Source: an uncultured Fimbriimonadaceae bacterium
GTDB taxonomy: Bacteria > Armatimonadota > Fimbriimonadia > Fimbriimonadales > Fimbriimonadaceae
DNA: 64,000 nucleotides
Assembly: GCA_964529975.1 (NCBI GenBank)
Contig: CAZGXW010000001.1
Coordinates: forward strand, 33,705 to 97,704
Reading direction: 5' to 3'
Positions 46,998 through 56,642 of the stretch are shown piece by piece. Under the pieces are notes generated by a model that worked only from the letters and a program-made list of their open reading frames with translations, did not search any database and was not told the origin of the DNA. How positions within the stretch are numbered: position 1 is the first letter of the stretch; every line of letters begins with the position of its first letter. A program made the position numbers and the translations under genes.

Positions 46998-48023
46998 ATG
47001 AAGGTCGTCGCGTATCCCAAGAAGGCTGAGGTCAATCCCTACAACTCGCTGCTTTACTCCGCGGTCGAACCGCTGGGTGTCGAGGTCGTCGAGTTTGACC
47101 CGCTTGCCTGCCCCCAGCAGGCAGACGTTCTCCACATTCATTGGCCTGAGGGTTTCTTGTCCAGACGCAATCCTCTGCGCGTCGCTGCAGAGATGAAGCG
47201 CTGGCTGCGCTGTCTCGCCGCTTACCGGGCCCAAGGAACGAGAATCGTTTGGACAGCACACAACGTGCGCCAGCACGAAGGAAGGCATAAGACGATCGAA
47301 GAGGCGTTCTGGCGGCGGTTCTTGCCCTTGGTCGATGGCGTCGTCTGCCTGTCTGAGGCGTCTTGGATCGAACTCAAGAGGATGCGACCGACTGTGACAG
47401 AGTGCCACGCGATCGTCCCGCACGGGCATTACCGCGACGTCTACCCCAATACCGTCGGGCGGACCGCCTCACGAAAGGCGCTGGGAGTCAAAGACGATTC
47501 CGCTGTGCTCGTGAGCGTGGGCCTGATTAGGCCCTACAAGAACATCCCTGCCTTGATCCGTGCCTTTCGTGCCCACAGGGGCGACGACAGGCTCCTGGTT
47601 GCGGGAGACTGCTTCGACGCAGACCTCGCTACCAAGGTGCGTTCCCTCGCCAGCCAAGACGAACGGGTCACTCTCCACTTGAGGAACGTCTCCGACAACG
47701 CTCTCCAAGCCTACTTTGCAGGGGCTGACCTAGCCGTCATGCCCTTCACTTCGATCTTGAACTCCGGATCAGCCCTCATGGCTCTCTCGTTCGACGTTCC
47801 TATCCTCGTTCCGTCGATTGGCTCCATGCCAGAACTTCAGACGCAGGTTGGAAAGGACTGGGTGATGACTTATGATGGTGAGTTCGGATTGGACGTCTTG
47901 GAGGCCGCGATCGTTTGGACGAAGAAAACGTCGCGAGGCAACCACGCCCCTCTTCAACTGTTTGATTGGCCAGCAATCGGCGAGAAGACTGTTGCGTTCT
48001 ATCGTGAAGTCTTGGCCAAGTAA
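46998..48023 (+). CDS. glycosyltransferase family 4 (GT-B, Glycos_transf_1)
   Basis: C-terminal half VGLIRPYKNIPALIRAF...LLVAG...FAGADLAVMPF..ILNSGSALMALSFDVP. ATG at 46998 lies 2 nt after the fcl stop. Confidence 0.8.
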   Translation: MKVVAYPKKAEVNPYNSLLYSAVEPLGVEVVEFDPLACPQQADVLHIHWPEGFLSRRNPLRVAAEMKRWLRCLAAYRAQGTRIVWTAHNVRQHEGRHKTIEEAFWRRFLPLVDGVVCLSEASWIELKRMRPTVTECHAIVPHGHYRDVYPNTVGRTASRKALGVKDDSAVLVSVGLIRPYKNIPALIRAFRAHRGDDRLLVAGDCFDADLATKVRSLASQDERVTLHLRNVSDNALQAYFAGADLAVMPFTSILNSGSALMALSFDVPILVPSIGSMPELQTQVGKDWVMTYDGEFGLDVLEAAIVWTKKTSRGNHAPLQLFDWPAIGEKTVAFYREVLAK

Positions 48024-49489
48024 GGCAATCGTCGTTGCACGCTGTCCGGCAACGGCGCGATGTTTAAGAAGTGGCATACGAGAAGGAACGCTCCTGACAA
48101 CAATGGCGCGAGAAGGACGGCGACCCAGTCGCTCGGCAATTGCCAGAGGAGCACGCCAAGCACGACAAAGGCGGATGCGACCGCAAGGATGGCACAGAGT
48201 CGCGCCGTCCATCTCGTAAGTTTGATTTGCGGCGCGACCGTGCTCTGTGTGAACGCCACGATCGGCACGAACTGTAGAACGTGGATTCCTAATCGGAGTG
48301 CAGCGACACCAACTATTCCGAACAGCAGCGCGGCAGGATAGGCAAGCGCAAGAAGGGCTACCGCGTTGTAAAGAGTAAACGGGAGCACCTTCTGAGGCGA
48401 ACCGTGGGCGATCATCGCCGAAGCAAGGCTAGAGTAAAGCATCTGGAGCGCGGCGTAAGCGCCGAGCAAAAGCATCACCCAAGACATCGCGGTCGAATGT
48501 TTGTCGCCGAGCCAGACCTGCAGGATTGGCTCGGAAATCGAGCAAGGCACAAGGATCGCAGCGCAAGATACGGCGAACACGGTGAGCGTGTTCTTCTCGA
48601 CGGACTCGGAGAACGCCTTTGGGCCCTCGCCGTGCGCCTTCGTGAAGTCGGGCAGAACGGTCTGGTTGACCGGGAGGACTTCCTGGCCGGCCTCGGGAAT
48701 CCGCGCGGCTGTGCCATACGGAGCGACCGCCGAAGCCCCGAGCGCGTTGGTCACCAAGACGCGGTCAAAGGTCGAGGTCACCGCCGCCGCAACACGCGTA
48801 ATGTACAACTTCACGCCGAATCTTAGGCTATATCGAAAGGCCTCGCGATCGAACAAAGAGGCCCCTCGAACGGCGTTCGCTTGTTGGGCCGCAGTTCCAA
48901 AATTGAACAGGGCAACGATCCCGTTTCCGATCGCGAAGCCGTAGAGGTACGCCTCTGGTCGGCGAAGCCAGAGGACCAGACCGAGCGCTCCAAGAGCGCT
49001 CAAGAGCGTTTGTGCGCCGTTCGAGACGGCGAGATAGCCGAACTGCCTCCGCGCGTTGAAGTAGATGGAGGCCCCGAAGTACAGGTACTGGCCTGCGAAC
49101 ATCGCTCCGGCAGCAAGGAACAGCGGCCGAAGCGCGACTCCTTGGTCGATGTCCGGAACCCTGACGAACAGGCTCAGGGCGACAAAGACGAGGACACCAA
49201 GGACCGCGTGCGCTACAAGAAGGACACGGTAGGTGTTCCATGCGGAGAATGCTGTCGCTTCTTCACCGGAATCGAACGCCTGGGTCATACGACGCTGGGT
49301 TCCATCGTGGAATCCCAAGTCGATCAGGTTGACCCATCTCCCGAGCGCAATCAGAAAGAAGCACGCGCCAAGTCCTGCCGCGCCCAAGACGTCCCAGACG
49401 ATAGGGATGCTGACGAGTTGGACGGCGATTCCAAGAAAGCGGGCGGCGCTCAGATAGACGGTGCTTCTGGTCTTGCTCACGCTCACCAC
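47999..49489 (-). CDS. wzx: oligosaccharide flippase (Wzx-like, MOP superfamily)
   Basis: 496 aa with about 12-14 TM segments, located in a polysaccharide locus. Confidence 0.75.
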   Translation of the reverse strand: MVSVSKTRSTVYLSAARFLGIAVQLVSIPIVWDVLGAAGLGACFFLIALGRWVNLIDLGFHDGTQRRMTQAFDSGEEATAFSAWNTYRVLLVAHAVLGVLVFVALSLFVRVPDIDQGVALRPLFLAAGAMFAGQYLYFGASIYFNARRQFGYLAVSNGAQTLLSALGALGLVLWLRRPEAYLYGFAIGNGIVALFNFGTAAQQANAVRGASLFDREAFRYSLRFGVKLYITRVAAAVTSTFDRVLVTNALGASAVAPYGTAARIPEAGQEVLPVNQTVLPDFTKAHGEGPKAFSESVEKNTLTVFAVSCAAILVPCSISEPILQVWLGDKHSTAMSWVMLLLGAYAALQMLYSSLASAMIAHGSPQKVLPFTLYNAVALLALAYPAALLFGIVGVAALRLGIHVLQFVPIVAFTQSTVAPQIKLTRWTARLCAILAVASAFVVLGVLLWQLPSDWVAVLLAPLLSGAFLLVCHFLNIAPLPDSVQRRLPYLAKTSR

Positions 49490-50364
49490 TTGTCTGGCCT
49501 AGGATAGCGCACTCTGGTCAAGACTTTGCGCACCTTGCGAAGCCACATCGTGCGGTCTTCGTGGCTCGTCGTGCGGCCAAGTTGTGCTGCACCGACGCGC
49601 ATCACCTTCTTGACTGCGCTCCAGTAGCGTAAGTCCCAGTCTCCGTGCGCGGAGTGATAGATGTAGGGCTTCACGACTTTGGGGCCGTTGAGCCATTTGA
49701 CGAACGAATACTCGCCTGCAAGGACGTCGAACCGCATACGGCTCATTTGCCTCCACGGCGTGAATGAAAACTGCTCCTTGTCTGTGAAGAGCGTCCCGAC
49801 GCCGGTCTCGGCCATCCCAAAACTGATGCACGGCTCGTCCACCGGCTGGTTGCGGTTCCGCTTCAAGCCGAGCGAATCGTAGTCCGAGGCGATCTCCATG
49901 ATCCTCTCGATCAGTCGTTGGGTGTTCGGAGTCCGCTCGTAGTAGAGGAGGCCGCTGTTCAGGATCGGTGCCTGATCAAGCCCGCGCTTCTTGATCGCCC
50001 CCGCAAAGTCTCCATACCACTCAGCACCGCTCGACCAGGTTCCTTGTGCCCCAAACTCGCAGCCCTTCATACGTTCGAAGATCGGCTCGATGTTGCGAAC
50101 GGCCAGGCAGTCTGCATCGATGAAAAGGATCCGGTCGAAGTCCGTGAGGGCCAGGCCACTCAGTTTTCCGAACCAATAGGGGAACTTCTCGCTAGTGGGA
50201 ACGACGACGTCGTAAAGCTTGTGGATCTCCGGGTCGTCCGTGTCTGCGACGACGACCTTGGGAACGTCCACAAAGTGCATGTCCAGGGTCAGCGCGAGCG
50301 CCTTCGCCATCGTCAAATACTTTGGCTTGCCGCTCGCGACGGTCATGATCGCGGCGTTGTTCAC
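49483..50364 (-). CDS. putative GT-A fold glycosyltransferase (GT8-like)
   Basis: ILFIDADCL DxD-type motif and LNSGLLYY. Assignment is tentative. Confidence 0.55.
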   Translation of the reverse strand: MNNAAIMTVASGKPKYLTMAKALALTLDMHFVDVPKVVVADTDDPEIHKLYDVVVPTSEKFPYWFGKLSGLALTDFDRILFIDADCLAVRNIEPIFERMKGCEFGAQGTWSSGAEWYGDFAGAIKKRGLDQAPILNSGLLYYERTPNTQRLIERIMEIASDYDSLGLKRNRNQPVDEPCISFGMAETGVGTLFTDKEQFSFTPWRQMSRMRFDVLAGEYSFVKWLNGPKVVKPYIYHSAHGDWDLRYWSAVKKVMRVGAAQLGRTTSHEDRTMWLRKVRKVLTRVRYPRPDKW

Positions 50365-51245
50365 GGTCGATCCACCCCCAAAATCCGCTGATCGAGGGCG
50401 TCAAGAAGCGTCGTACTCAACTCGGTGCTCACCTTCCTGACGAAGTAACGGTCTGATTTGGCGATGAGATCGTAGTCTTCGAGCGTAAACCACTTGGCCA
50501 AAGACGGGTCGATGAGGTGGAGGTTCGCGAGGTTAACCGTACCTACGCCAAGGTATTCCTGCACTCCAGACGACTGGGCGGCAAACGGGGAGTTCCCCAC
50601 GATCGTGTGAAAGAAGTGCTCGTCAGGAGAGAACGTCCTGCGGTTCATCGCCTCGAAGCCATTGTTCGCTTCGACGAACTCGACGATGTATCGACAGCAA
50701 TCCGGCGTGAGCGCCCACCAATTGGATCCGAAGTAAGGCACGATCGAGGGGTCCCATTTGTTCGGCAAGTTGATCGAACGCAGGACCTTGCGAATAGCGC
50801 GGTCAACGAGAGACTCGCCGAAGACAGGGTCCTGAAAGTGCTTTCTCGTGACCTGTCGCAGATAGTGGTCCTTGCTCTCCCTCATGTCGATGTACTTGAT
50901 GAACTGCCGACCTCTGTTCTCAACCAAGTGGGCACAGATCTCGCTCTGAGGCTTGATTGGATAGTCGGCGCCTGAGAGCAGCACGAAGTGCGTGTACTCA
51001 CGACCTGAGTCCAGGGCTCTCCTGATCAGTCGCATGATTGCCTCGACCATCGAGTAGCCGGCCCAGAATACGCGCACGCGTTCTTCGATAAAGGCCGCGC
51101 GCCCTGCGGCGGCCACGAATGGACCTTGGTCGACTTTGGCGTCAACGTGGACAAAGACGTCGCTTGAGTCGCCTAGCGCACGAACGAGCCGACCAAGGTG
51201 CACCGGGTCGGCATGGGCGAGGACCAGATACGCTGGGGCCGACAT
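50361..51245 (-). CDS. core-2/I-branching-type beta-1,6-N-acetylglucosaminyltransferase family protein (GT14-like)
   Basis: YLVLAHADPVHLGRLVRAL, VFWAGYSMVEA, LLSGADYP, SNWWAL, SPDEHFFHT. Confidence 0.7.
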   Translation of the reverse strand: MSAPAYLVLAHADPVHLGRLVRALGDSSDVFVHVDAKVDQGPFVAAAGRAAFIEERVRVFWAGYSMVEAIMRLIRRALDSGREYTHFVLLSGADYPIKPQSEICAHLVENRGRQFIKYIDMRESKDHYLRQVTRKHFQDPVFGESLVDRAIRKVLRSINLPNKWDPSIVPYFGSNWWALTPDCCRYIVEFVEANNGFEAMNRRTFSPDEHFFHTIVGNSPFAAQSSGVQEYLGVGTVNLANLHLIDPSLAKWFTLEDYDLIAKSDRYFVRKVSTELSTTLLDALDQRILGVDRP

Positions 51246-52628
51246 TTACTCAGAGACCAACGCCCCGTTCTTCCTATTGTCGCCAATCCTGACCTTGGGA
51301 ATCTCGTCGTAGACGGGCATAGCCATGCCAGCGACGATGAAGTAGAACATACCCAGCGAGATGTTGGTGATCATGTTTCCAAAGTACATCCCGTATCCGA
51401 AGGCGAGCGCGATGACCAGGGCGGCGACCGCATAGCCCTTCTCCCACCTATCGTCGGTCCTTCGGGCAACGAGGCGGATCGCTCCCACGATGGACGCGAT
51501 GACTGCCAGGATCATGAAGGTGACCGCCGGTATCCCACCAAAAGCGGCGGCGACAAGGTAGCCGTTGTCCAGAATGATCGCGTCCGACCACCTGTCCGAG
51601 GCGACCACGGGAAAGCCCGCGAACGCCGGTTCGACCCCGATCCCAAACCAGGGCCTGTTCTCAATGATGTTGAAGGCTTGTGGCCAAAGCACGTCTTGGC
51701 GATAGTTGAACGTCGACGTGTCGCCGCTGAACAGGTACTGGAACCTGTCGCCACCGTAGAAGATCATAAGCAGCAGGGCGACGACTCCGGCGACGACGTA
51801 GGGCAGTGCGGCGTACCGGTGCCGCTTCACAAACAGAGCGACGAGCGGCAAGAGGACGAGCGCGATCAGCACTGTGGCATTGCGCACCTGCGACATCAGC
51901 ATGACGCCGATCAGAACGACAATGAGTGTGATCTCGGGTGCGTTGAGTTTTCGGTAGAAGAGTGCGGCCGCAATGATCCCAATCACGATCAGGTTGTAGT
52001 GAACCGGAAGGATGACGCCTGGGAAGATCCCCACCGCACGGACGCCCCCCTGACCCGCCCAGTTGGTGATGTCATCGATCCCGACCATGATGTTGGCGAG
52101 ATTGATCGCTGGGCCAAAGTCCACAAACTGCAGCAGCGCGACGAAGGCCGAGATCAAGCAGAGCGCGATGAGCCCTTTTGCCATCGTCTTCCGCAGATCA
52201 GGGGCCATCTGCACGAGCATGGCGCCCTGTATGAACGCGAGGAAGTAGGTGACCAGGCTATAGTCGGGCGCAATGAACTCGTAATGCCGTCCAAGTTCCA
52301 ACTGAGAGACGACGGTTGAAACCGTGAACCACACCTGGACGACTATGAGCAAGATCATCGCAGCAGGGATGCGCAGCGGCGCGACCTTGCGTGCGAGGGC
52401 GATGGCGACCCACAGCCCGAAACTTGCCATGAAGAACTTGTTCAGGTTGCCAATGTCCACCCCGACCATATAGCCGACTGGGGCGATGAACATTTGGATG
52501 AGCGCAAGGATCACGTTTCCGATCCCCCATGCGATCATTGGGCGACGCACGGCCTTTGTGTGCAGAGAGGCCCGCATGCGCTCGCGCACATCTGTGGGTA
52601 GCGCTTTGCTCATCGGCGCCTGGCTCAT
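51246..52628 (-). CDS. wzy: O-antigen polymerase/ligase family membrane protein (Wzy-like)
   Basis: 460 aa with about 11 TM segments and a large loop. ATGA overlap with the upstream GT2 gene, AGGAGG SD. Confidence 0.75.
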   Translation of the reverse strand: MSQAPMSKALPTDVRERMRASLHTKAVRRPMIAWGIGNVILALIQMFIAPVGYMVGVDIGNLNKFFMASFGLWVAIALARKVAPLRIPAAMILLIVVQVWFTVSTVVSQLELGRHYEFIAPDYSLVTYFLAFIQGAMLVQMAPDLRKTMAKGLIALCLISAFVALLQFVDFGPAINLANIMVGIDDITNWAGQGGVRAVGIFPGVILPVHYNLIVIGIIAAALFYRKLNAPEITLIVVLIGVMLMSQVRNATVLIALVLLPLVALFVKRHRYAALPYVVAGVVALLLMIFYGGDRFQYLFSGDTSTFNYRQDVLWPQAFNIIENRPWFGIGVEPAFAGFPVVASDRWSDAIILDNGYLVAAAFGGIPAVTFMILAVIASIVGAIRLVARRTDDRWEKGYAVAALVIALAFGYGMYFGNMITNISLGMFYFIVAGMAMPVYDEIPKVRIGDNRKNGALVSE

Positions 52629-53464
52629 GCCGACCTCCTGAGGCTCTGGTACAGGCTTTTCCAGAAGAACCTGCGGCTGAGCGGCCAGTGCGCCTTGCGG
52701 AACAAGTCGACGCTTTTCGGCCACGGGGTGACTTCTGCTGCGGTCAGATATGCGTGAGAGGCGAAGGCTTGTCGTTGCTCCTTGCTGGTGAACGGCCAAC
52801 CCGCGAACAGGATTTCAAGGTTTTGTTCGATCTGGTCCGTAGACTTGCTAACGCTCGCAGCGTCTGAAACGCGATAGTTCGTGTAGGACTCTCGAAGGCA
52901 CTTTGCTGGCCCGTTAGCGTGGGCACAACGCACCCAGAAGTCGACGTCTTGAAACTTGCGAAGACCTGGATTGAATCCGCCTATTGCCATGAACGCGGCC
53001 TTCTTGACCGAGAAACTCGAGCCACTGGCCCACGCATGGTGGCAAAGGAACTCTTGCCACTCCGCGCTACCATCCCGGTCGAGCCCGCCTCTCCAGTAGG
53101 ACTTCTCGCCGCTCGGGGTGACAGGTGTGGAGCGGTCGATCACGAAACTCTGATCGCCCGTTTGCCATGCGTCGAGGTGGGCTCCGATCTTTCCGGGCTC
53201 CCACCAGTCGTCAGCGTCCAAGAAGAACAGGACTTCCCCTTCTGCGGCTTCCGCGCCTCTGTTGCGGGCGACAGAGCCGTTGCCCTTGGGAAGTTCTAAG
53301 ACCCTCGCGCCGGAGCGTTCAGCGGCCGCTGCGGTCGAATCCGTACACCCGTCGCACGCGACGATCACTTCTCCGGGCTTGATCGTCTGGGCGTGCGCCG
53401 ACTCCACAGCCTGGGCGATGGTCGCCTCAGCGTTGTGGGCCGGAATCACGACCGACGTGGTCAT
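52625..53464 (-). CDS. glycosyltransferase family 2
   Basis: VVIPAHNAEATIAQAVESAHAQT, ARNRG, LFFLDADDWW. Start at ATG 53464. Confidence 0.85.
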   Translation of the reverse strand: MTTSVVIPAHNAEATIAQAVESAHAQTIKPGEVIVACDGCTDSTAAAAERSGARVLELPKGNGSVARNRGAEAAEGEVLFFLDADDWWEPGKIGAHLDAWQTGDQSFVIDRSTPVTPSGEKSYWRGGLDRDGSAEWQEFLCHHAWASGSSFSVKKAAFMAIGGFNPGLRKFQDVDFWVRCAHANGPAKCLRESYTNYRVSDAASVSKSTDQIEQNLEILFAGWPFTSKEQRQAFASHAYLTAAEVTPWPKSVDLFRKAHWPLSRRFFWKSLYQSLRRSA

Positions 53465-53466
53465 AC

Positions 53467-55539
53467 TCAGCCGGCCCGTTGAATCGACTTTGCTGCCGTA
53501 AACGGCTCTGTGTCGCGCGAGGTGTCGCTCAAGATCAACTTGATCGACTTGGCGCCGCTCTTGTCGAGAATGTCGTACGCGATCGGTACCGATCCGTACT
53601 CGTTCGTTTTGGCAGAAACGCACAGGCAGACTTCGTCGACCTTTGAGGCGAACGCGGCTGCGTCCGCGACGAGGTCCGTCGGGGCCACCGCGACGACCAC
53701 CACTTGTGCCGTCTGGCGCAGACTTGCGATCAGGGAGTCGATCCTTTCCGGAGTCGAAAACTTCGCCAGCGAGTCTGCGACCGTGCCGATCGGCAAGATC
53801 CTGAGGTTGTCGTGCTTGGTGTCAACGAGCATTCCCGCGGCGTCCGAGCCGTCTTGGAACGCATTGCTGACGCCGCGCTTGTCTGTCGCCTTGAATCCGT
53901 TGGTGATGACTTGTCGCGTTCGTTCGGCGTCCACAAGGACGACGCTCGTTCCAGCCTGCGCAAGCGCGACAGCGAAGTGTGCGGCTCCAAACGAACTGCT
54001 GCCTGCGGAGCCGATACCGGTGAACAAGACGCTTTGGCCCGACTGCGCGCCGCTTGCAAGGAACGAGTAGGCCATGGTACGGAAGCTTTCCATCGCTGGA
54101 CCTCCGGACTGTGCGAGCGACTCGACGGCTCGGCTGCGCGAAAGACCACCAAGCGCCGGGATGCTGGCAACGACCGGTAGGCCGGTCAGCTCGGCCAACT
54201 GGCTGGACGAGTAGACGCGCGGTCGAAGGGCTTCGAGCGCGAAACTGAACACGAGGCCGATACACGCACCTGCGATGAACCCGATGAATCCAAGTTTGAC
54301 CGGCTCCGGAGCAACCGGATCTTCGCTGGCCTGGGCACCGACACCGCCCAAAACGACGCCATAAAGCGTTCCGGTTTCGCGTCGGTTGAGGAGTTCCTCA
54401 AGTTGCGACTTGAGCCGCCTGTACTTCTCGTCGAAGATCATGCGCTCGCGCTGGAGTTGGGTGAGTTGGATCTCTTGGTCCGGCGTCTTTGCAAGTTTGA
54501 GGTCAGCCTGGTTGAGCGATGCCTGGAGCGAGGATATCTTTCCTTCGATCTCGCGCTTCTTGGCCTTCGTCGTTTCCAACTGGGCCTCGAGCGCGGACTT
54601 GATCGGGTCCTTTCGCTCGCTCTCATATCCCATCGTCGTGGGGTTGCCTTTCGCTTCAGCAAGGCGCTCACGAGCGTTTGCCAGTGCGTCTGCGTTGGCC
54701 TTGACCCGTGGATTGGACTCGGTGTACTGGGTCAACAGGACGGACCGCTGGAATTCAAGTTCGTTGACTTGGGACTCAAGCCTGTCGATGTTCGGGTTGC
54801 GAACGAGAGAAGACGAGTCGTCCATCCTGTCTGGGCGCGCAGCGATGAGTTTGTTGAGCTCGATGATCGTCTCGTTCACGCCTTCGAGCTCGGCGAGGTT
54901 GCTCTCGATCGCAAGGCTATACGTGTTCTGCGTGTCCGTGTCGACGATCATGCTGCGATCGAAGTTTGCGATCGCGTTCTCTTCCTTGTACTTTTGGTAG
55001 GCGGTTTCCGATGCCTTGAGGTCGCGGTCTGTCGCAGAAATCTGTGCTTCGAGATAGGTGATCGCTGCAGCGATGGAGTCCTTGCTCGCTTTCTGGCGGG
55101 TCTCGTTGTACGCGTCCGTGACGGCGTTGGCCACCTTCTCCGCTGTCTCCGGGTCTCCCATCCGAACGCGGACCTGGGCGAGTCCTGCGCCCATCTCGTT
55201 CTGGTTCGGCGTACGCACGGTGATGACGTCGTACATCAAGTAGTACTTCTCCCAGTCCTCAAGGAGGTTCCTATTGACGGCCTGCAGCGCCTGGACGAAC
55301 ACGGTCTCACTGTTCAGGAGTTGTCGCTCGGTCTGCACGCCCTGCGGGGCGTTGCGGTCGATGATCTTGCGGACCTCGTCGTCAAAGACGATGCTCTGCG
55401 ACCGCGCATCCATGTTCGAACCGAGGAGCATCTCGACTCGGGCCTCGTAGATCTTGGGGGAGAAGATGACGATCCCCAGGGCCACAAGGAGGCCGAGGAC
55501 GGCAAAAATGATTGTGCGCCGGACGTGGACTTTGTACAT
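53467..55539 (-). CDS. polysaccharide co-polymerase (GumC/Wzz-type) fused to a degenerate BY-kinase-like P-loop domain
   Basis: N-terminal TM helix, a long coiled-coil periplasmic region, a second TM helix, then a CpsD/CapB-like domain. In that domain Walker A reads TGIGSAGSSSF with no Lys, and there is no C-terminal Tyr cluster. Confidence 0.8.
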   Translation of the reverse strand: MYKVHVRRTIIFAVLGLLVALGIVIFSPKIYEARVEMLLGSNMDARSQSIVFDDEVRKIIDRNAPQGVQTERQLLNSETVFVQALQAVNRNLLEDWEKYYLMYDVITVRTPNQNEMGAGLAQVRVRMGDPETAEKVANAVTDAYNETRQKASKDSIAAAITYLEAQISATDRDLKASETAYQKYKEENAIANFDRSMIVDTDTQNTYSLAIESNLAELEGVNETIIELNKLIAARPDRMDDSSSLVRNPNIDRLESQVNELEFQRSVLLTQYTESNPRVKANADALANARERLAEAKGNPTTMGYESERKDPIKSALEAQLETTKAKKREIEGKISSLQASLNQADLKLAKTPDQEIQLTQLQRERMIFDEKYRRLKSQLEELLNRRETGTLYGVVLGGVGAQASEDPVAPEPVKLGFIGFIAGACIGLVFSFALEALRPRVYSSSQLAELTGLPVVASIPALGGLSRSRAVESLAQSGGPAMESFRTMAYSFLASGAQSGQSVLFTGIGSAGSSSFGAAHFAVALAQAGTSVVLVDAERTRQVITNGFKATDKRGVSNAFQDGSDAAGMLVDTKHDNLRILPIGTVADSLAKFSTPERIDSLIASLRQTAQVVVVAVAPTDLVADAAAFASKVDEVCLCVSAKTNEYGSVPIAYDILDKSGAKSIKLILSDTSRDTEPFTAAKSIQRAG

Positions 55540-55721
55540 GGCTTGATGCCCCGCTCCGCCTTGCGGTACCCGCTCGCGGTAATCAGGATTATACTCGGTT
55601 TGAGCCTGTTTGAACCTGAGCCAGACGGGCTGGATCGATCCAAGACAGACCCTTCATTCAACGCTCTCAAGGGCACGATTTGTGCCGCGTCGCCTGGTTC
55701 AGGCAGAATCCCTGCAGCCCC

Positions 55722-56642
55722 ATGCGCTACAAGATCGAACGTTTCCCAAAGATCAGCGTGGTAACGCCCTCGTTCAATCAGGCGGAGTACCTGGCAGAAA
55801 CACTGGATTCGATCTTTGCCCAGAGGTATCCCAACCTCGAGGTCATCGTCATCGATGGCGGGAGCACGGACAGAAGCACCGACGTCATCCGCCGTTACCA
55901 AGACAAGATCGCCTACTGGGAGAGCGAGAAGGACCGAGGGCAGGCGCATGCAATCAACAAAGGCTTTGAAAAGACCACGGGTGAGATTGTCTGCTGGCTC
56001 AATAGCGACGACGTGTTCCTTCCCGGCGCCCTGGACGCAGTGGCGCACTTTTTCAACAACCACCCAGGCTGGGACTGGATCTCTGGCCCAAGCCTGAAGT
56101 TTGGGCAAGGCGCCTACGAAGTCGGTGGGTTCTACGAGCTTCCGCGCGACCGCGCGGAGTGGTTCGTGCACTGCCCCATCTCGCAGCCCTCAACTTTTTG
56201 GAGGCGGTCGCTTTATGAGCGGTTCGGAGGGCTCGACGAAGAGTTCCACTTCGCATTGGACTATGAGTACTGGATCCGCTTCGTCGTCGGAGGCGTCGAC
56301 CTGCACTTCGTCGACAGGCCGCTTTCTGCATACCGCCTTCACGATGTCAGCAAGACGGTCGCACAGGCCGAACGCTTCAAGGGCGATGAACTGCGATTAC
56401 GCGACAAGTACAAAGAGGCCCTCACGCAATCGGAACAGTCCAGGCTGTCGCGCCTCCTCGCCAACTCTCAGGCCATGGACGACTTGACTGCGGCCGTTAT
56501 GAGGATGCAAGACGGCGAATGGACCGAAGCGCGCCGTCGCGTGACCTCGGTCCTCGCCAAGCGGCCTGGCTTGCTCTTCACGCGCATCGGAGCAGCGTCG
56601 CTCTACCGCGTGTTGGCCAAGAAGCCGCGATACGTGAGTTAG
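55722..56642 (+). CDS. glycosyltransferase family 2
   Basis: ISVVTPSFNQAEYLAETLDSIFAQ, VIDGGSTD, WLNSDD. Confidence 0.85.
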   Translation: MRYKIERFPKISVVTPSFNQAEYLAETLDSIFAQRYPNLEVIVIDGGSTDRSTDVIRRYQDKIAYWESEKDRGQAHAINKGFEKTTGEIVCWLNSDDVFLPGALDAVAHFFNNHPGWDWISGPSLKFGQGAYEVGGFYELPRDRAEWFVHCPISQPSTFWRRSLYERFGGLDEEFHFALDYEYWIRFVVGGVDLHFVDRPLSAYRLHDVSKTVAQAERFKGDELRLRDKYKEALTQSEQSRLSRLLANSQAMDDLTAAVMRMQDGEWTEARRRVTSVLAKRPGLLFTRIGAASLYRVLAKKPRYVS

